Assembly (NCBI GenBank): GCA_964016885.1
Contig: OZ024740.1
Location: forward strand, 184,140,001 to 184,204,000
DNA: 64,000 nucleotides
Origin: Eledone cirrhosa
Taxonomy: Eukaryota
Direction: 5' to 3'
Shown piece by piece: positions 1 through 12,394 of the stretch; the stretch's first letter is position 1; each line of letters begins with the position of its first letter. A program made the position numbers and the translations under genes. Under the pieces are notes generated by a model that made no database searches, had not been told where the DNA came from, and saw nothing but the letters and a program-made list of their open reading frames with translations.

Positions 1-1721
1 AACATACACAATATATTTGTATTGGTAATTAGCTTCCACATACAGAAAATGTTGCCATCCATGCAAAGTCCAATCCTGCCCCTCCCCCTTTGTAAATCAA
101 TACAGAGAAAACAATGTTGAACAGAAGGGATGCTATGACACAAACATGCTGAATGCCACTGTTGATGGGAACTAGCCAAGCATTCCATCCAAAATGTGGA
201 TGTTAATAGTCTTTTTAGAACAAATACCTTCCCACAAAAGTAGCGAAGGACATGTTTGAGGGAAAGCATCATGTTTGAAGTGTAGTGCAATGGTCAAAGT
301 CCCTACTAATTTTTAGAATAAGTGGTGTCAGCGATGTAGTATGTGAGACTATAAGTATGGACAAGACTGAATATCTTCCACGATATCAATAGAATGGTAC
401 AAGCTCCCAATGTCAAAAGTGTGTATCGCCTTTTCGGCAAAGCCAGCCGTAAAATCGCTCGGTGTGCAAATTAGACTTATCGGCTGATGCATACTCGAGA
501 GAATACTATATATTATCAATAATTCTAGTGTGTAGCACAATAGGAGAGACACTATCTTGACAAGGGGAAATAACCCCAAAACAATTGCCGATTGTTTATC
601 TATGATACCACAAGAGGAAAATGAAGACGGTAGTCGTCTAAAGCACATGACATTGTGTGACTGTTTGCTTGTTATTTGTCGATATAAAACTCACGAATGC
701 ATTTACGTATCTGCTATGTTACAGAGAAAACAAATCTTGTTTATATATATATATGTTAAATAAACGTAAACCTTTCAATTTCGTGAAATTATTGCAGTAA
801 CTTTTATGTGAGGTGGTTAACTCACAGTTTTTCAGAGATAATAATGTTAACTCGTATTCTTTGAAAGGTGATAATGGTATCTCATTATTTCATCATCGTA
901 ATTGTTTTAGAAGAACGGTTCTGATAACGTCACGATTTGAAAGATGTCAGTAGTAGGACATCTTGATTATTTTGGTTACTTTTTAATTGAATTGCCACTT
1001 ATTAGTCAAATATATATTTGGTACAAACAAAGTATAGTGTTAACTCTTAGATTTTAAGAAATGATAAAGGTAAATTCTTTTGAAGAGTTTTTAGTGGAAA
1101 CTCAACTTATTTATTTTTTAATATGATAGTTGTTCGGTTTTGAAAGATGAGTAACTCGCTATTTGCGATGGGTGATAGTAATAATTTTCGATTTTTGAGA
1201 AATTATCGCGGTAACTATTCTTTTTTTATAGATATTAGAGTAAAACATTTCTATTTTCATTTTATTCATTTATTTATTTTTATTTTCTATTCAAACGTCA
1301 CTTAGCAACCGGATTACATGTGTATTCTTTCTGACTAAATCATGTAAGCAACAATGAAAATCGTTACATTAAAATGAAGTTTCGTAGCTCTCCGCTTTCT
1401 TCAGCACCCCCCCCCCCCCCACACACACACTCTATCTCTCTCACTCTCTGATGTTCTCTCTATCTCTCTCTGTCTCTCTGATATTCTCTGTCTTTGTTAC
1501 TCTGTTTTTATTTATAAAATAGCTCTGGCCTTTCCATATGGTGTTCATATTACTTTCCATTCCCTTCACAATATAATTCAAATTCTATGACGATTCTCTA
1601 TGAATGAATAGACAGACATAGCAACCCAACCCAACTCAACCAGCTACACATTAGATATACATAATAACATACACTCATATAGGAAAATACACATATATTT
1701 TTGCGTTTATATATCTATATG

Positions 1722-1768
<47 letters not shown>

Positions 1769-1925
1769 GGGGGGGGGGGGGGTGTTTGTGTAAATATAGA
1801 TGGGGTTTGTCTCTCTGTGTATGCGTGGGTACTTTTATTATTTTACTTGCTTAAGTCATTAAACTGTAGACATGCTAGGTCTCTGCAATGTATTATATAC
1901 AATTATATATACATATACATATATA

Positions 1926-2292
1926 TGTAGTCGTCCGAACTTAAATATTCAATCATTATGAATACTAGTTGAATAAAGTCGAGCAATGGTGATGGGAAAA
2001 CTGATCAAATCACCTGCGAGGAATCAAACACAACACCCCTGCGCTAACTATTAGGTTAAGGGGTTTGCCTACCCTATACTTCTCTTCAGAAGACATTCAC
2101 CGTGTAGCAACAATCATGAATAGTTAAGCGTAATGGATATCAGACTGGTCCGTTATCGAAGACATGCGGGGTTCTCCTCTTAGTGAGCACATTTGTCGAC
2201 CATTTTCTGTCGTCTGGGTTATTATATTCGATTTGTTCAACCATGAATTGTAGTGAACAACTATTATTTAGGTCTATTACGTTGGGACTACA
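1926..2292. mobile_element. Possible solo LTR or short TG...CA element next to an (AT)n tract
   Basis: Starts tgtagtc, ends gactaca (7-bp inverted termini), about 370 bp, abuts (AT)n. No TSD seen. Confidence 0.3.
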
Positions 2293-2334
2293 TTTCAATT
2301 TTAGGTATCTTCAATTTAGTATTTGTGCTAACAT

Positions 2335-2745
2335 TTACCTATGACTATGAATCTTCTGCAATGACCGAAAGTATACGATCGCAAATACCAGCGGCCGAAA
2401 TGAGGTTCCTCCAAAGGGTTATGGAGTAAAGTTACTCGATAGAGTGTGTTGCTCGGAGATCAGAGAGTAGCTTCATGTAGACCCAATACTTCTCTGAATT
2501 GAGAGATCACAGTTCCGGTAATATGGGCATGTGTTGAAAATGCCTTAGGAAAGAATCACTGGATGCATGTTACGAGCAAAACCAACCGGCAAAAGATCGA
2601 GCGGTAGACCTTGAGCATGATGGTTGGATAACATGGATGGATAACATACATTCGGTCGATTCAGTTGGAAGCGGTTGCTTATTACAGGACCCGTCCAAAG
2701 GAGTTTATGAGGACTCTTCCCCATCGACCATCTAAGGAATATGTA
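2335..2745 (+). mobile_element. Decayed RTE-clade LINE, 3' end of ORF2
   Basis: Manual translation with stops: MTESIRSQIPAAEMRFLQRV...IERSQFR*YGHVLKMP...KPTGKRSSGRP, the typical RTE post-RT segment. Confidence 0.75.
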
Positions 2746-2863
2746 AGCGAGAAAGAAGGTGTGTATATGTGTGTGTGTATATATATATACATACTTACAC
2801 ACGCATATAAGCATTATATATCTGTATGCATCTATATAGAAATACATACACCCACACACACAC

Positions 2864-2906
<43 letters not shown>

Positions 2907-3436
2907 AAAATATCGTTTAGGTCTGTCATATTTGTCAGTTCAATTAAGGAATACACAAATATTACCAGTATTGGATTTAGAATTTGGAATGTCTTTATGG
3001 TTCAAAACAACAGTATTGTAAAATTCAACAAAGTTTATATATATGTATATGTATATATATATAGAGAGAGAGAGACTGGTATAGAGATATTTGTGTGTGT
3101 GCGAGTGTGTATGGTTGTGTCTGTGTTTCGATGTACTTGTCTGTATGTGTCTGTCTGTATGACTATAATGTTATTTCCCATACCATATCGCATTTTTAGA
3201 GTGGTGAATTTGGCAGGAATATTAGTGACTGTCAGATTAAATAAAAACATATATATATAAATACAATGAAGCACTGTTATTCCGCCAATATCTATTATTT
3301 CATGTGGTATTATGTCACTTGCATTGGTGTTTGTAAACCATGTAAGGGGTGGCAACCATCTCATTCGAATAGGATCATAAGAGGTAGTTGTTTTGCTGTT
3401 GTTTTTTTTTTATTTCAAAATTAGTTTTAATGGACT

Positions 3437-3486
<50 letters not shown>

Positions 3487-3491
<5 letters not shown>

Positions 3492-4300
3492 GGAAAAAAA
3501 GTAACGAAGTTTCATTTCACACTCTTAGTACGGCTGTTACGTAAATATAAGTATGTATACGTGCATACATATTTATATACAGACGTACAGTAGTATGTAT
3601 ATATATACATACATACACAGATATATATATGTACGTTTGGATTTACCGAACATTTATTATAATGCTCGGTGTGTTTCTAAATAAACATCTCGAATTAAGC
3701 CGTACAGTGTTTAGCATCCATCGTTGCCCTTTTGTTCAACACCGACAAAGGAACGATGTACTGGTTTCAAGCTTATTAGCTATCGTCAGCACCGTATACT
3801 TCCTGCCAGATGATTGAACGTTTGAAAGTATATACTTTCCTTATGCATATTAACGGCTGAACAGCCTAATTTGCATATAGAGTGAGTTAATCGGTCGGGC
3901 GCACCGAAAATGATAAACGGAAAAAATGAAACGAAGTTTCATTTCTCACTCTTAGTACGGCTGTTACTTACATATAAATATGTATACGTACATACATATA
4001 TGTATACAGACGTACCATAGTATGTATATACATACGTACATACACACACATATATATATATGCATGTATGGATTTACCGAACATTTATTATAATGCTCGG
4101 TGTGTTTGTAAACAAACATCCCGAATTAAGCCGTACAGTGTTTAGCAACCATCGTTGCCCTTTTGTTCAACACCGACAAAGGAACGATGTACTAGTTTCA
4201 AGCTTATTAGCTAATGTTTTCGGTGCGACCGGCTGATTAACTCACGCAATATGCAAATTAGGCTGCTCAGCCGTTAATATGCATACGGAAAGTATATACA
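3487..4300 (-). mobile_element. PLE pseudo-LTR-like non-coding element (direct repeat plus inverted segment) in (AT)n
   Basis: About 295-bp direct repeat (3489-3782 and 3915-4213), about 85-bp inverted repeat (3829-3911 and 4214-4298), hammerhead motif inside, (AT)n on both sides. Confidence 0.7.
3753..3795 (-). ncRNA. Minimal type-I hammerhead ribozyme
   Basis: Minus strand reads acggug CUGACGA u-agcu-aaua-agcu-u GAAA ccag UA caucgu: 6-bp stem I, 4-bp stem II, GUA cleavage triplet. The sister repeat has a palindromic stem III (ACUAGU). Confidence 0.8.
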
Positions 4301-4428
4301 TACTTATATAAATATATATATATGTGTGTGTGTGTTTTGCTACGGTGATTCTATAGACATGTTTTATGATATATATATATATTTATCTGGTGATTCTATA
4401 GACATGTTTTATGATATATATATATATA

Positions 4429-4809
4429 TATATTAATAAAAGGAATTCCAACTTTGTCTGATTTACTCGTTTTATTTACAATCCTTTAAAATTTATAATG
4501 GTATTAGAATGAAATAGTATGGTAGAATATTAAATGTTAAGTGTTAATTGAACAAGTACTTTCATGCTTTCGCAATCTTCAAGTTCATAATGTGTGGTGA
4601 CAGTCAAGTTTGAAATTTTCAACTGCAAACTTGACTGTCACCACACATTATGAACCTGAAGATTGCGAAATCATGAAAGTACTTGTTCAATTAACACTTA
4701 ATATTTAATATTCTACCATACTATTTCATTCTAATACCATTATAAATTTTAAAGGATTGTAAATAAAACGAGTAAATCAGACAAAGTTGGAATTCCTTTT
4801 ATTAATATA
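4429..4809. repeat. Long fold-back palindrome (184-bp arms, 13-nt spacer) in (AT)n
   Basis: 4429-4612 is the reverse complement of 4626-4809 with about 3 mismatches. Confidence 0.97.
4651..4689 (+). ncRNA. Minimal type-I hammerhead ribozyme (mirror copy at 4549-4587 on minus strand)
   Basis: ugaac CUGAAGA u-ugc-gaaa-(u/g)ca-u GAAA guac UU guuca: 5-bp stem I, GNRA-capped stem II, palindromic AGUACU stem III. Confidence 0.72.
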
Positions 4810-4854
4810 ATCTTCTATACACAATCATACACACCCGTGTATATTTATCTATCT

Positions 4855-4892
4855 ATATATATATATATATACATACATATATATATATATAT

Positions 4893-4982
<90 letters not shown>
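4855..4982. repeat. (AT)n microsatellite
   Basis: Long AT dinucleotide tract. Similar tracts at 5512-5598, 25165-25212, 27862-27941, 32248-32293 and 55738-55800. Confidence 0.99.
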
Positions 4983-4986
<4 letters not shown>

Positions 4987-5137
4987 ATGCTTTGGGAGGG
5001 TCCTGTTGCCAATAAGAAACACACGCACCTGATGCTTTCACTCCAATTTATTATAAATTAAATTTATAACTTTAAGAATTTATAAATTTCTGGTTGGTTG
5101 GTTGGTTGGTTGGTTCCACAACCAGCCGATTGTTCAT
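4983..5137. mobile_element. Member of the TGTTATACTT(T/G)GGGAGGGTC-terminated family inserted in (AT)n
   Basis: Aligns by eye with 30941-31080 and with the termini of 29656-29809. Confidence 0.55.
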
Positions 5138-5284
5138 ATATATATATATACAAAGATCGGAATTAAGAGTATTCCGCAGTTCACTGTAATAATAATAACA
5201 CGTGATTTCGCCCTACTCTGGGCAACGTGTGTATTAGCTATCTCTCTATCCATGAGGTTAGATGTGTGGTGTTCAGTGTTCACA

Positions 5285-5346
5285 TTTGCTGACTGAGGAT
5301 ACTTCACCTATAAGTGGTGAAACGAAGCGAGATTCGTATCAGCAAA
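5285..5346 (+). ncRNA. Type-I hammerhead ribozyme with a full stem III
   Basis: uuugcuga CUGAGGA [stem II region] GAAA cgaa-gcgaga-uucg UA ucagcaaa: perfect 8-bp stem I, A-CGAA/UUCG-U stem III, GUA cleavage site, imperfect stem II. Confidence 0.85.
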
Positions 5347-5515
5347 CCTATAGTTATAAGGTTGGTAATTTAAAACTCTAATCCAGAGATTTGATTATGA
5401 CTTAGTTTTTTTCTATTTAATTGCTAAACCTGTAGATATTGTTCTCTATACAGTAACGGTAAACTCACTGTGTAACATACATCTCACTGTGTAACATACT
5501 TCTCTTTGTGTAATA

Positions 5516-5600
<85 letters not shown>

Positions 5601-6249
5601 CTGTATGGTTATGCCACACGCAGTACCTTGAAAAATTGTATCATAATATATTCTTAAATCTTCACTATAAATTTGTTTGGAAATGTTTCGATAACTGTTG
5701 TGGAATCTCATTGGAAGGACTGTGCAACTTTGTGTGTGGTATATTTCATCCATTAACTAATTTACCAATACTGATTGGGTCTTGTAAGTCTTTAGCAGAT
5801 TGTATTTTGTTATTTGTATTAAGACCAAGTTTTCGATTTAATGATAACTCTCTATCCTAAAGTCCGAAGATCAGAAATTTTTCCTGGACACGTTGTCATT
5901 TAGTGCACTCGGAGAAAGTTTGACCCTATATCAGGATACATTACTTACTATTATAGTAAACAATATCTCGTAATATTTTCCTTTCTCTAATTACCACCAT
6001 CATCATTTCCTTCCCTGCAGCGTTAGATCGACGAACGAACTTTGGAGATTTCCTTGTACTAAGATTAAACAGGGTTTTAATAATTTGGCATTATTGTATG
6101 TGAATAGGACATTGCAATCATGAAATGTAAAACATTTTCTTTTGTCAGACTTCAGTACTCTAACATTACTATTGACTCATCCTTTCTTGTTTTATATAGA
6201 GAAAATGCTGAAGATTTCTCCGGGTCATTCTTGCCCATAAAAACATATC

Positions 6250-6440
6250 GTTCTAGAAATAATTGTTTCTACTTTTGGCACAAGGCCAGCAATTATCCAG
6301 TGCATTACTGGTACTTCATTTTATCCGTTCTAGAAATAATTGTTTCTACTTTTGGCACAAGGCCAGCAATTATCCCAGTGTATTACTGGTACTTTATTTT
6401 ATCGACCCCGAAAGGATGACAGGCAAAGTTAGAAATAATG
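6250..6440 (-). mobile_element. Two adjacent 5'-truncated SINE 3' ends
   Basis: Two copies of aataattgtttctacttttggcacaaggccagcaattat...actggtact. The motif tagaaataat recurs at all three junctions. Confidence 0.85.
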
Positions 6441-7329
6441 TTCTATAAACAGCTGGCTATGGAACGGTTATCATACAGCTATCTAATTAAATATTAATAT
6501 ACAAAATATACACTCTTTCGACGGAAGCATTTAATAGCTGAAACAAAAACTCCTGAGCTGAACTATCTCCACACCGTTACAAAGGCCTCATTTTGCCAAA
6601 GGAGCTTTCTGAGTTTGGATGCAATATAATAAAGTCTCTCCATTCGTATTTAGATCAGGATCGCCCTTCAAATCTCTCCTGTCATTCTCAGATGGTCACT
6701 GTCAACTTGTTCATGGAAGTCTCCCATTAGAATATACTACTCAGCCCTACCTACATCTAACGTTGTAGTGACTTCACTAAGCTTCAAGAGACAAATACTC
6801 CTTTTTAATAGCATCCAGTCCATATCACAATCTAACAGCCCGGTGTTTGTGGGTATCCCCACTCCCTGTTCTATCATTTCTGGTGCCGCACATGAATAGT
6901 AGATCTCCATCTTCTGTCGAAATCTACAGTACCAGAACCACGGAACTTTGGCGAGAAAACCACGTCATTTCTAGTCGGTGGCAGCTAGTATCCTCTACAA
7001 CTCCTTGTTATGGTTGTCATATTTCCGGTTCCATTTGTGAGGATTATCTCCCTTCCGAGCATCCTTTGGTGTCTTGGGATTCACAATGTTTGTGTATCCA
7101 TTCCATGTCTCCCTTGACAGTTCCCAGGCCCAGGGTCAGTTTTTACAGCTTGAAATGGGTACTGTAATATAATTTCTGAACAGGCCCCTCTACCTAATAT
7201 CTGAACGCGTTATTTGTTAACCCGTGTGAATGACGATGCGGTATGATACATCTTGTTACCTGTCACGAAATATATGCGTTTTGGGAGGTAGCCTTTACTA
7301 GCCTCGTCATGGTTAGCCCATTGAGTTGG

Positions 7330-8615
7330 TGTGGTGCCGGATGGCAGGAGGTCTCCTTGTCTCAACGAAGAGATCAAACAGGCCATACCAGCTAAAGGAA
7401 GCCCTATAAATCTTTGCTGGGAAATAAGTTCTCTATCTTGCACTGCAGGCAACTTAGGTCGCAGAAGAGACAGTAAATGCGTCCAAAGTGTAGACAAAGG
7501 AGGACTATCAGATAAGCAAATAATTTGTCGTAGTAGACCATCCGCCAATTTCATTACAAGAAGCCATTCCCAACACCTGCTATCAGGAACGCATCAGCGG
7601 TACTAATTTCTTCAGAGAGTTGCACCCTCACAAGGTGAGCAGAAGAATTTGCTGATCTCATAAATCATATAACAAAAGCATCTTCTGATGTACTCGTGGT
7701 GCATCTGGGAGCGATGACTAATCTTTCGGAAGCTGAGATCACAAGATCAATTAAAGAGCTCAAATGTGACAAGGTTGCTGTGGAGGATGAAGTTTGACCT
7801 GGGATGTTAAAAGCCGTAAATAGAAAAGTAATTTCCTGGCTGAATCATGTGTGTCGCATGATATGGTTCTCTAGAAAGGCATCTAATCAATGTCGATCTG
7901 AATTGATAATCCCAATTTTCAAAAAGAGAGACAAGAACGATTGCTCCAATTATTGAGGAATCTTCTTATTAAGCCTCCTGGGTAATGTCTATGCTAATTG
8001 TTTGGCAAAGATTGTTGAGTACAATTATAGCTGATGACAAGTGTGGATTTTGCCCTGGATTCAGCACGCTGTCTCAGGGTTTTGAGAAATCGCGGTAGTT
8101 CTGCCAATTGGTGTATTCATTCTTTGCAAACTTCGAAAAGGCATATGATTGCGTTCCACGGGATCTGCTGTGGAAGGATCTGCACAGATCGATAGTCAGC
8201 TTCTCGTGGCCCTAATGTTTCGATACGAATTCTCGAGTTTCTGTTTTTGGATAAATGATGCTAAATGATGATACATGATGCTATTCAATGTGGCAGTCGG
8301 CCGTCGCCAAGGGTACGTTATTTTCATGAACGGGATTGACATGCGCAGCCGGGTTGGAGGTGGTACCATGACTGACATGAGTAGGAATGGTCTGCTTGAA
8401 TTTGCAGACCTCATAGTATTACTAACCTCGTCAGAAGGTGATCTTCGTCATGCACTTGATAGGTTTGGTTCCGAGGGCTGCATCGCTGGAATCAAAATCA
8501 GTGCTTACCAAGACTGATATTCTCGTCCCCTCAATGAAACCTGCGCAGTGCATTCTACATGTGAATGGAATTCGTCTGAAATAGGTGGAGAAGTTCAAGT
8601 ATCTCAGAGCCGTAT
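7330..8615 (+). mobile_element. Decayed RTE LINE (linker and reverse transcriptase)
   Basis: Fragments IIPIFKKRDKNDCSNY*GI, FANFEKAYDCVPR, LEFADLIVLL and VEKFKYL, with many stops and frameshifts. Confidence 0.8.
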
Positions 8616-9043
8616 TTGTGATCGTACTTTTGCAATCATTACCGAATATTCCTGACTGTAGATAATGGTTGAGAGGAATTACTCCCCGTATCTTCTAACA
8701 GAAATATAGGATATTAGTTATCAAGTCATAACTATTTTATTACTTCACAAAATCTTTGGTTTTACTTTTAATGTTCCAAGCAGTGCAATTGCTAATATTC
8801 GCTTTGATATTATTTTCATGCAGACGACACCTGAGAATTGCTTAATATCTTTTAACAAACTTTTCTTCGCTGTGTTGGCATCTGCGTTAGTAAGTAAATA
8901 TATATTTATGTTTTGACTCAAATGAAAACACTTTGATAGAAAGTTTCATTCTTACAGTTCCATTGAAAATTCAAAATCGGTGAGGTAATATTAGTTTCTA
9001 ACCTATGTACGTGACTGTTCATTTTGTGTGGATAATTTTCCTC

Positions 9044-9229
9044 GGTGGATTGGCAGTATCGGTGGAGGGTCGGACACCATGCTTTCCAGCATAGTTACGT
9101 CCCTTTACGATCTGAATTCAGATCCCGCCGAGGTTAACTTTGCCTTTCATCCTTACGGGGTCGATAAAATAAAGAACCAGTAATGTACTGGGTAATTGCT
9201 GGTCTTGTGCCTAAAGTAGAAACAATTAT
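9044..9229 (+). mobile_element. tRNA-derived SINE, full length
   Basis: A box tggcagtatcgg, B-box-like gaattcagatccc, conserved core gcctttcatcct...ggggtcgataaa...accag, tail agtagaaacaattat. Many copies in the window. Confidence 0.9.
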
Positions 9230-11630
9230 ATCAGTAATTGTAACAATACTTAGCTCTTTCTTTATTTTCAAATCACGAAATAATGAAAGCTAAAGTTGAC
9301 ATCGACCTAATTTAATCCCAGACTGTAAACCTGCGTACCAAAATACCGCATGTCTTTCTTGTACGTCATTCTTCCGATTTTGCTACTCAATATATAATAC
9401 CAGACATTGTATTGACCAATTTGAGACAAAACAGCAGCAGCATGTGAATTCGTGGAATTCGATCTATGTTCTATCGCTTACTGGGTGATAACAATTTTAG
9501 CGGTTAAATTATAGAACATCTGTTATTCCTTCTTTTCAGATTAACTATTAGGAAACAAACCATGTCAATCTCTCCTGCATTCCAACATAATTCAAATTTG
9601 ATGAATAATCAACTTCTTATACAGTTGATTGTCGGCAAATATGAATGAAGTGTCTCAGGTCCTCTCTTAAAATATTTACCGCTTAATCAGTGAATCAGAA
9701 TCACCTAGTTCATTTAAGAAATTACTAGTGCCTTCTTTCAATGATATTCTCTATTACAAATTCTATCCATAGATTTTGGCCAACAATATAGGTTAAGACA
9801 CTAGGGCAACAGAAGAATTTATTTTAAATGGAAAGTATATATGTAAGTTCAAAAAAAAGGAATCTGTCTACAAGAATTATACAGCAAAATATGTGAGTTT
9901 TTCCGGCTGGCATATGACATGATTACTTGGCAATTCGAAACCCTTTCAAAAATATATCCATAGCTGAGGTTGAATTGAGTTCAGCATTGCAAATCAATGA
10001 AACACCCCAGCAAGTAATATTAAGAAACAGAAAATGAGAAGGAGAAAACATTCAAATTCAAATAGACTATGAATTGGCGCAGTGTCAATTTTCGTTGGTT
10101 TGATGTCTAGCTCAATGTCACTTTGACATGTCTCTGTCAAAACAAAGACAACATAAGACTAATATTGACTTAAACCTTGATATTACCAATAAACATAAAA
10201 AGAACACGGGAAAAACGAAGGAAAGAGAGAAAGAGGTGAAGCTATCTAAATGCGTAAGCTATTCTACATTGATGCTCAAAAGGTGATAGAATTTGTTTCG
10301 TAATCTGTCGGAGAATATTTGGATGTAGTAATGTAAGGAACTGTAAAAGGTATTCACCTGCCTGAAACTGGCAACAAATAGACATAAATTAATTATTTTG
10401 AGATTCTCGAGGAGAGCCAATTTGATTAAAACTTCTAGAATCCATGCTAGATCCGTGATTTCAGGAGAATTCAGAGTAGTAAACTCAATGTTTATACAAC
10501 ATTAGGTGTAAATATATTTTAAAAATAGAAATACATTTTAAGTATAAAAGGTTTGACGCATGTGTTGTTATACATAGATTCATGCAAGACCATGGGGTTA
10601 AAAAGCTCGCTTCACACTCAGAACATGGTTCGACTACTCTACGTAATGCCTTGAGAAATGTTTTCTATCTCAACATCACGCTGGCTATTTACTTGCAAGT
10701 GATGTTTAGAAAACAGAATTTATGCGAAATCATATATATCAGGTTCGGGTGCCTTCAAGCTGGCTGGCTTTTCACTTTGTACTTCAACATCCATTGAACA
10801 CTACGTATACCGCAAACATTTCATATATAAACACTCCGTATGTATGTGAGCAAGTGTGTATGTATGTATGTGTGAATGTATGTATGAGGGAGCTTATAGA
10901 TAGGACAACACACGCTGTCTTTTCGTGGGGTAAGTTTTTAATTAATTTTTATATTCTGAAACATCAAAATACAACAATTTGTTGGTCACTGGACTCGGGA
11001 ATGTCACGACAGAAGTTTGTGGAAGTTACACAAATATTTTACTATATTTTAGCAGAGCAATCCTTATTTATATTTTACATTTTACATTTACTTACATCTC
11101 AATATAACATGGCTAAAATTCAAATTTTGCAAAGAGAAGAAAACGGTCAAATGAACTAGATACATCTCAATGTCCCCCGCCACCACAATAACGTCTACAC
11201 TCTCTCCCCACCATCACATGTTATTACCCTATCTAGACTAAAGTCATCGACCTGATGTCAAACTCTCTACTCTCTCTTGAATGTGTATATATATATATAT
11301 GTATGTATATGTGTGTATATACATCACTCAGTCAAACGACCAGATTTCAACCCCAACATCTACAACAACAACACCGGCACTAATGTTTACAGCAACAACA
11401 GCTTCAGAATGAACTTAAATGAACATTTACAACAACAAGAACAGCGGCATCAAAAGATAAAAAAAAAGAAAGGGAAGGGATAAAAAAGAAAATAAACCCC
11501 AAAAAACTCAAAATAACAAAACACACACACATATGCACACAACACAACAACAACATCAACTGCCACGACCACCACCACTACCGCCGCCGCCATCACCATC
11601 ACCAGCGACCGGGCTTTAAGAAAACAACTT

Positions 11631-11784
11631 TAATAATTTTTCTGCTTTTGGCACGGATCCAGCGACTGGCCCAGCGCATTACTGGTGCTCTCTTTTGTTG
11701 ACTCCGTGGGGATGAAAGGCAAGGTTGACCTCGGTGGGATTTGAGCTCAGAGCGTGGAGGGCCGTGACTCTATGCTGTAAAGCA
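11631..11784 (-). mobile_element. SINE copy, 5'-truncated, A-to-G hypermutated on the + strand
   Basis: Aligns to the copy at 60617-60809. Flanked by an imperfect TSD (caactttaataat / caattataataat). Confidence 0.85.
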
Positions 11785-11887
11785 ATTATAATAATACTGG
11801 ACTGTAGTACGAACGGCATCAACTATACAAACTCTTGAAAGTCAACAGTTGACATAATCTTGTAATCTTGTATCAGTAATGACGGTA

Positions 11888-11923
<36 letters not shown>

Positions 11924-12044
11924 AAGTGAGTAGAGTAGCGTGTGTGTGTTTGTTTGTATGTATGAGTGTTGCTGTGTGCGCGCATATGTATGCGCGTGTG
12001 TGTGTCGTACGTATAAGTGTCAATAAGTGAACTTTATTTTTTTT

Positions 12045-12349
12045 GCGCGGGGACATAGAAATAATCAGGCTGGATGCCCGATCGCGCAGTTAAACCACTG
12101 GGAGTGAAGAACCCCTAGCCCTTGTCAGGGCATTCTTCTAGGAGAAGGCATCTCAGGAAACTGGGTTAACTCCGACATAAAACCTGCGGCTCAGTAGTTA
12201 CCGATGATGTTGATCTTTTCTTCTTTTCGGGTTATAGCTACTGTCGCTCAGAGAGTGGGATTGGCTCAGTGCACAGTCTTTCCTCACTTTAAAAGTATTC
12301 GTCACGCACAGGCATTGCACGAGTGCATTAATAATTATTGATAGTGTAC

Positions 12350-12394
<45 letters not shown>

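Noticed and set aside
5675-5720. Minus-strand CCAAUGA-gau...auc-GAAA-cauu-UC, hammerhead-like
   Set aside because: Two core changes and no stem I. The orientation fits the pattern but it cannot be supported alone.
2545-5860. ORFs rich in YI, CV or HT repeats (also at 21.7-22.5, 24.9-25.2, 27.8-30.8 and 33.8-34.1 kb)
   Set aside because: Translations of (AT)n, (GT)n and (CA)n microsatellites.
12045-12310. Possible HDV-like ribozyme in the RTE 5' UTR
   Set aside because: Could not assemble the nested double pseudoknot by eye.
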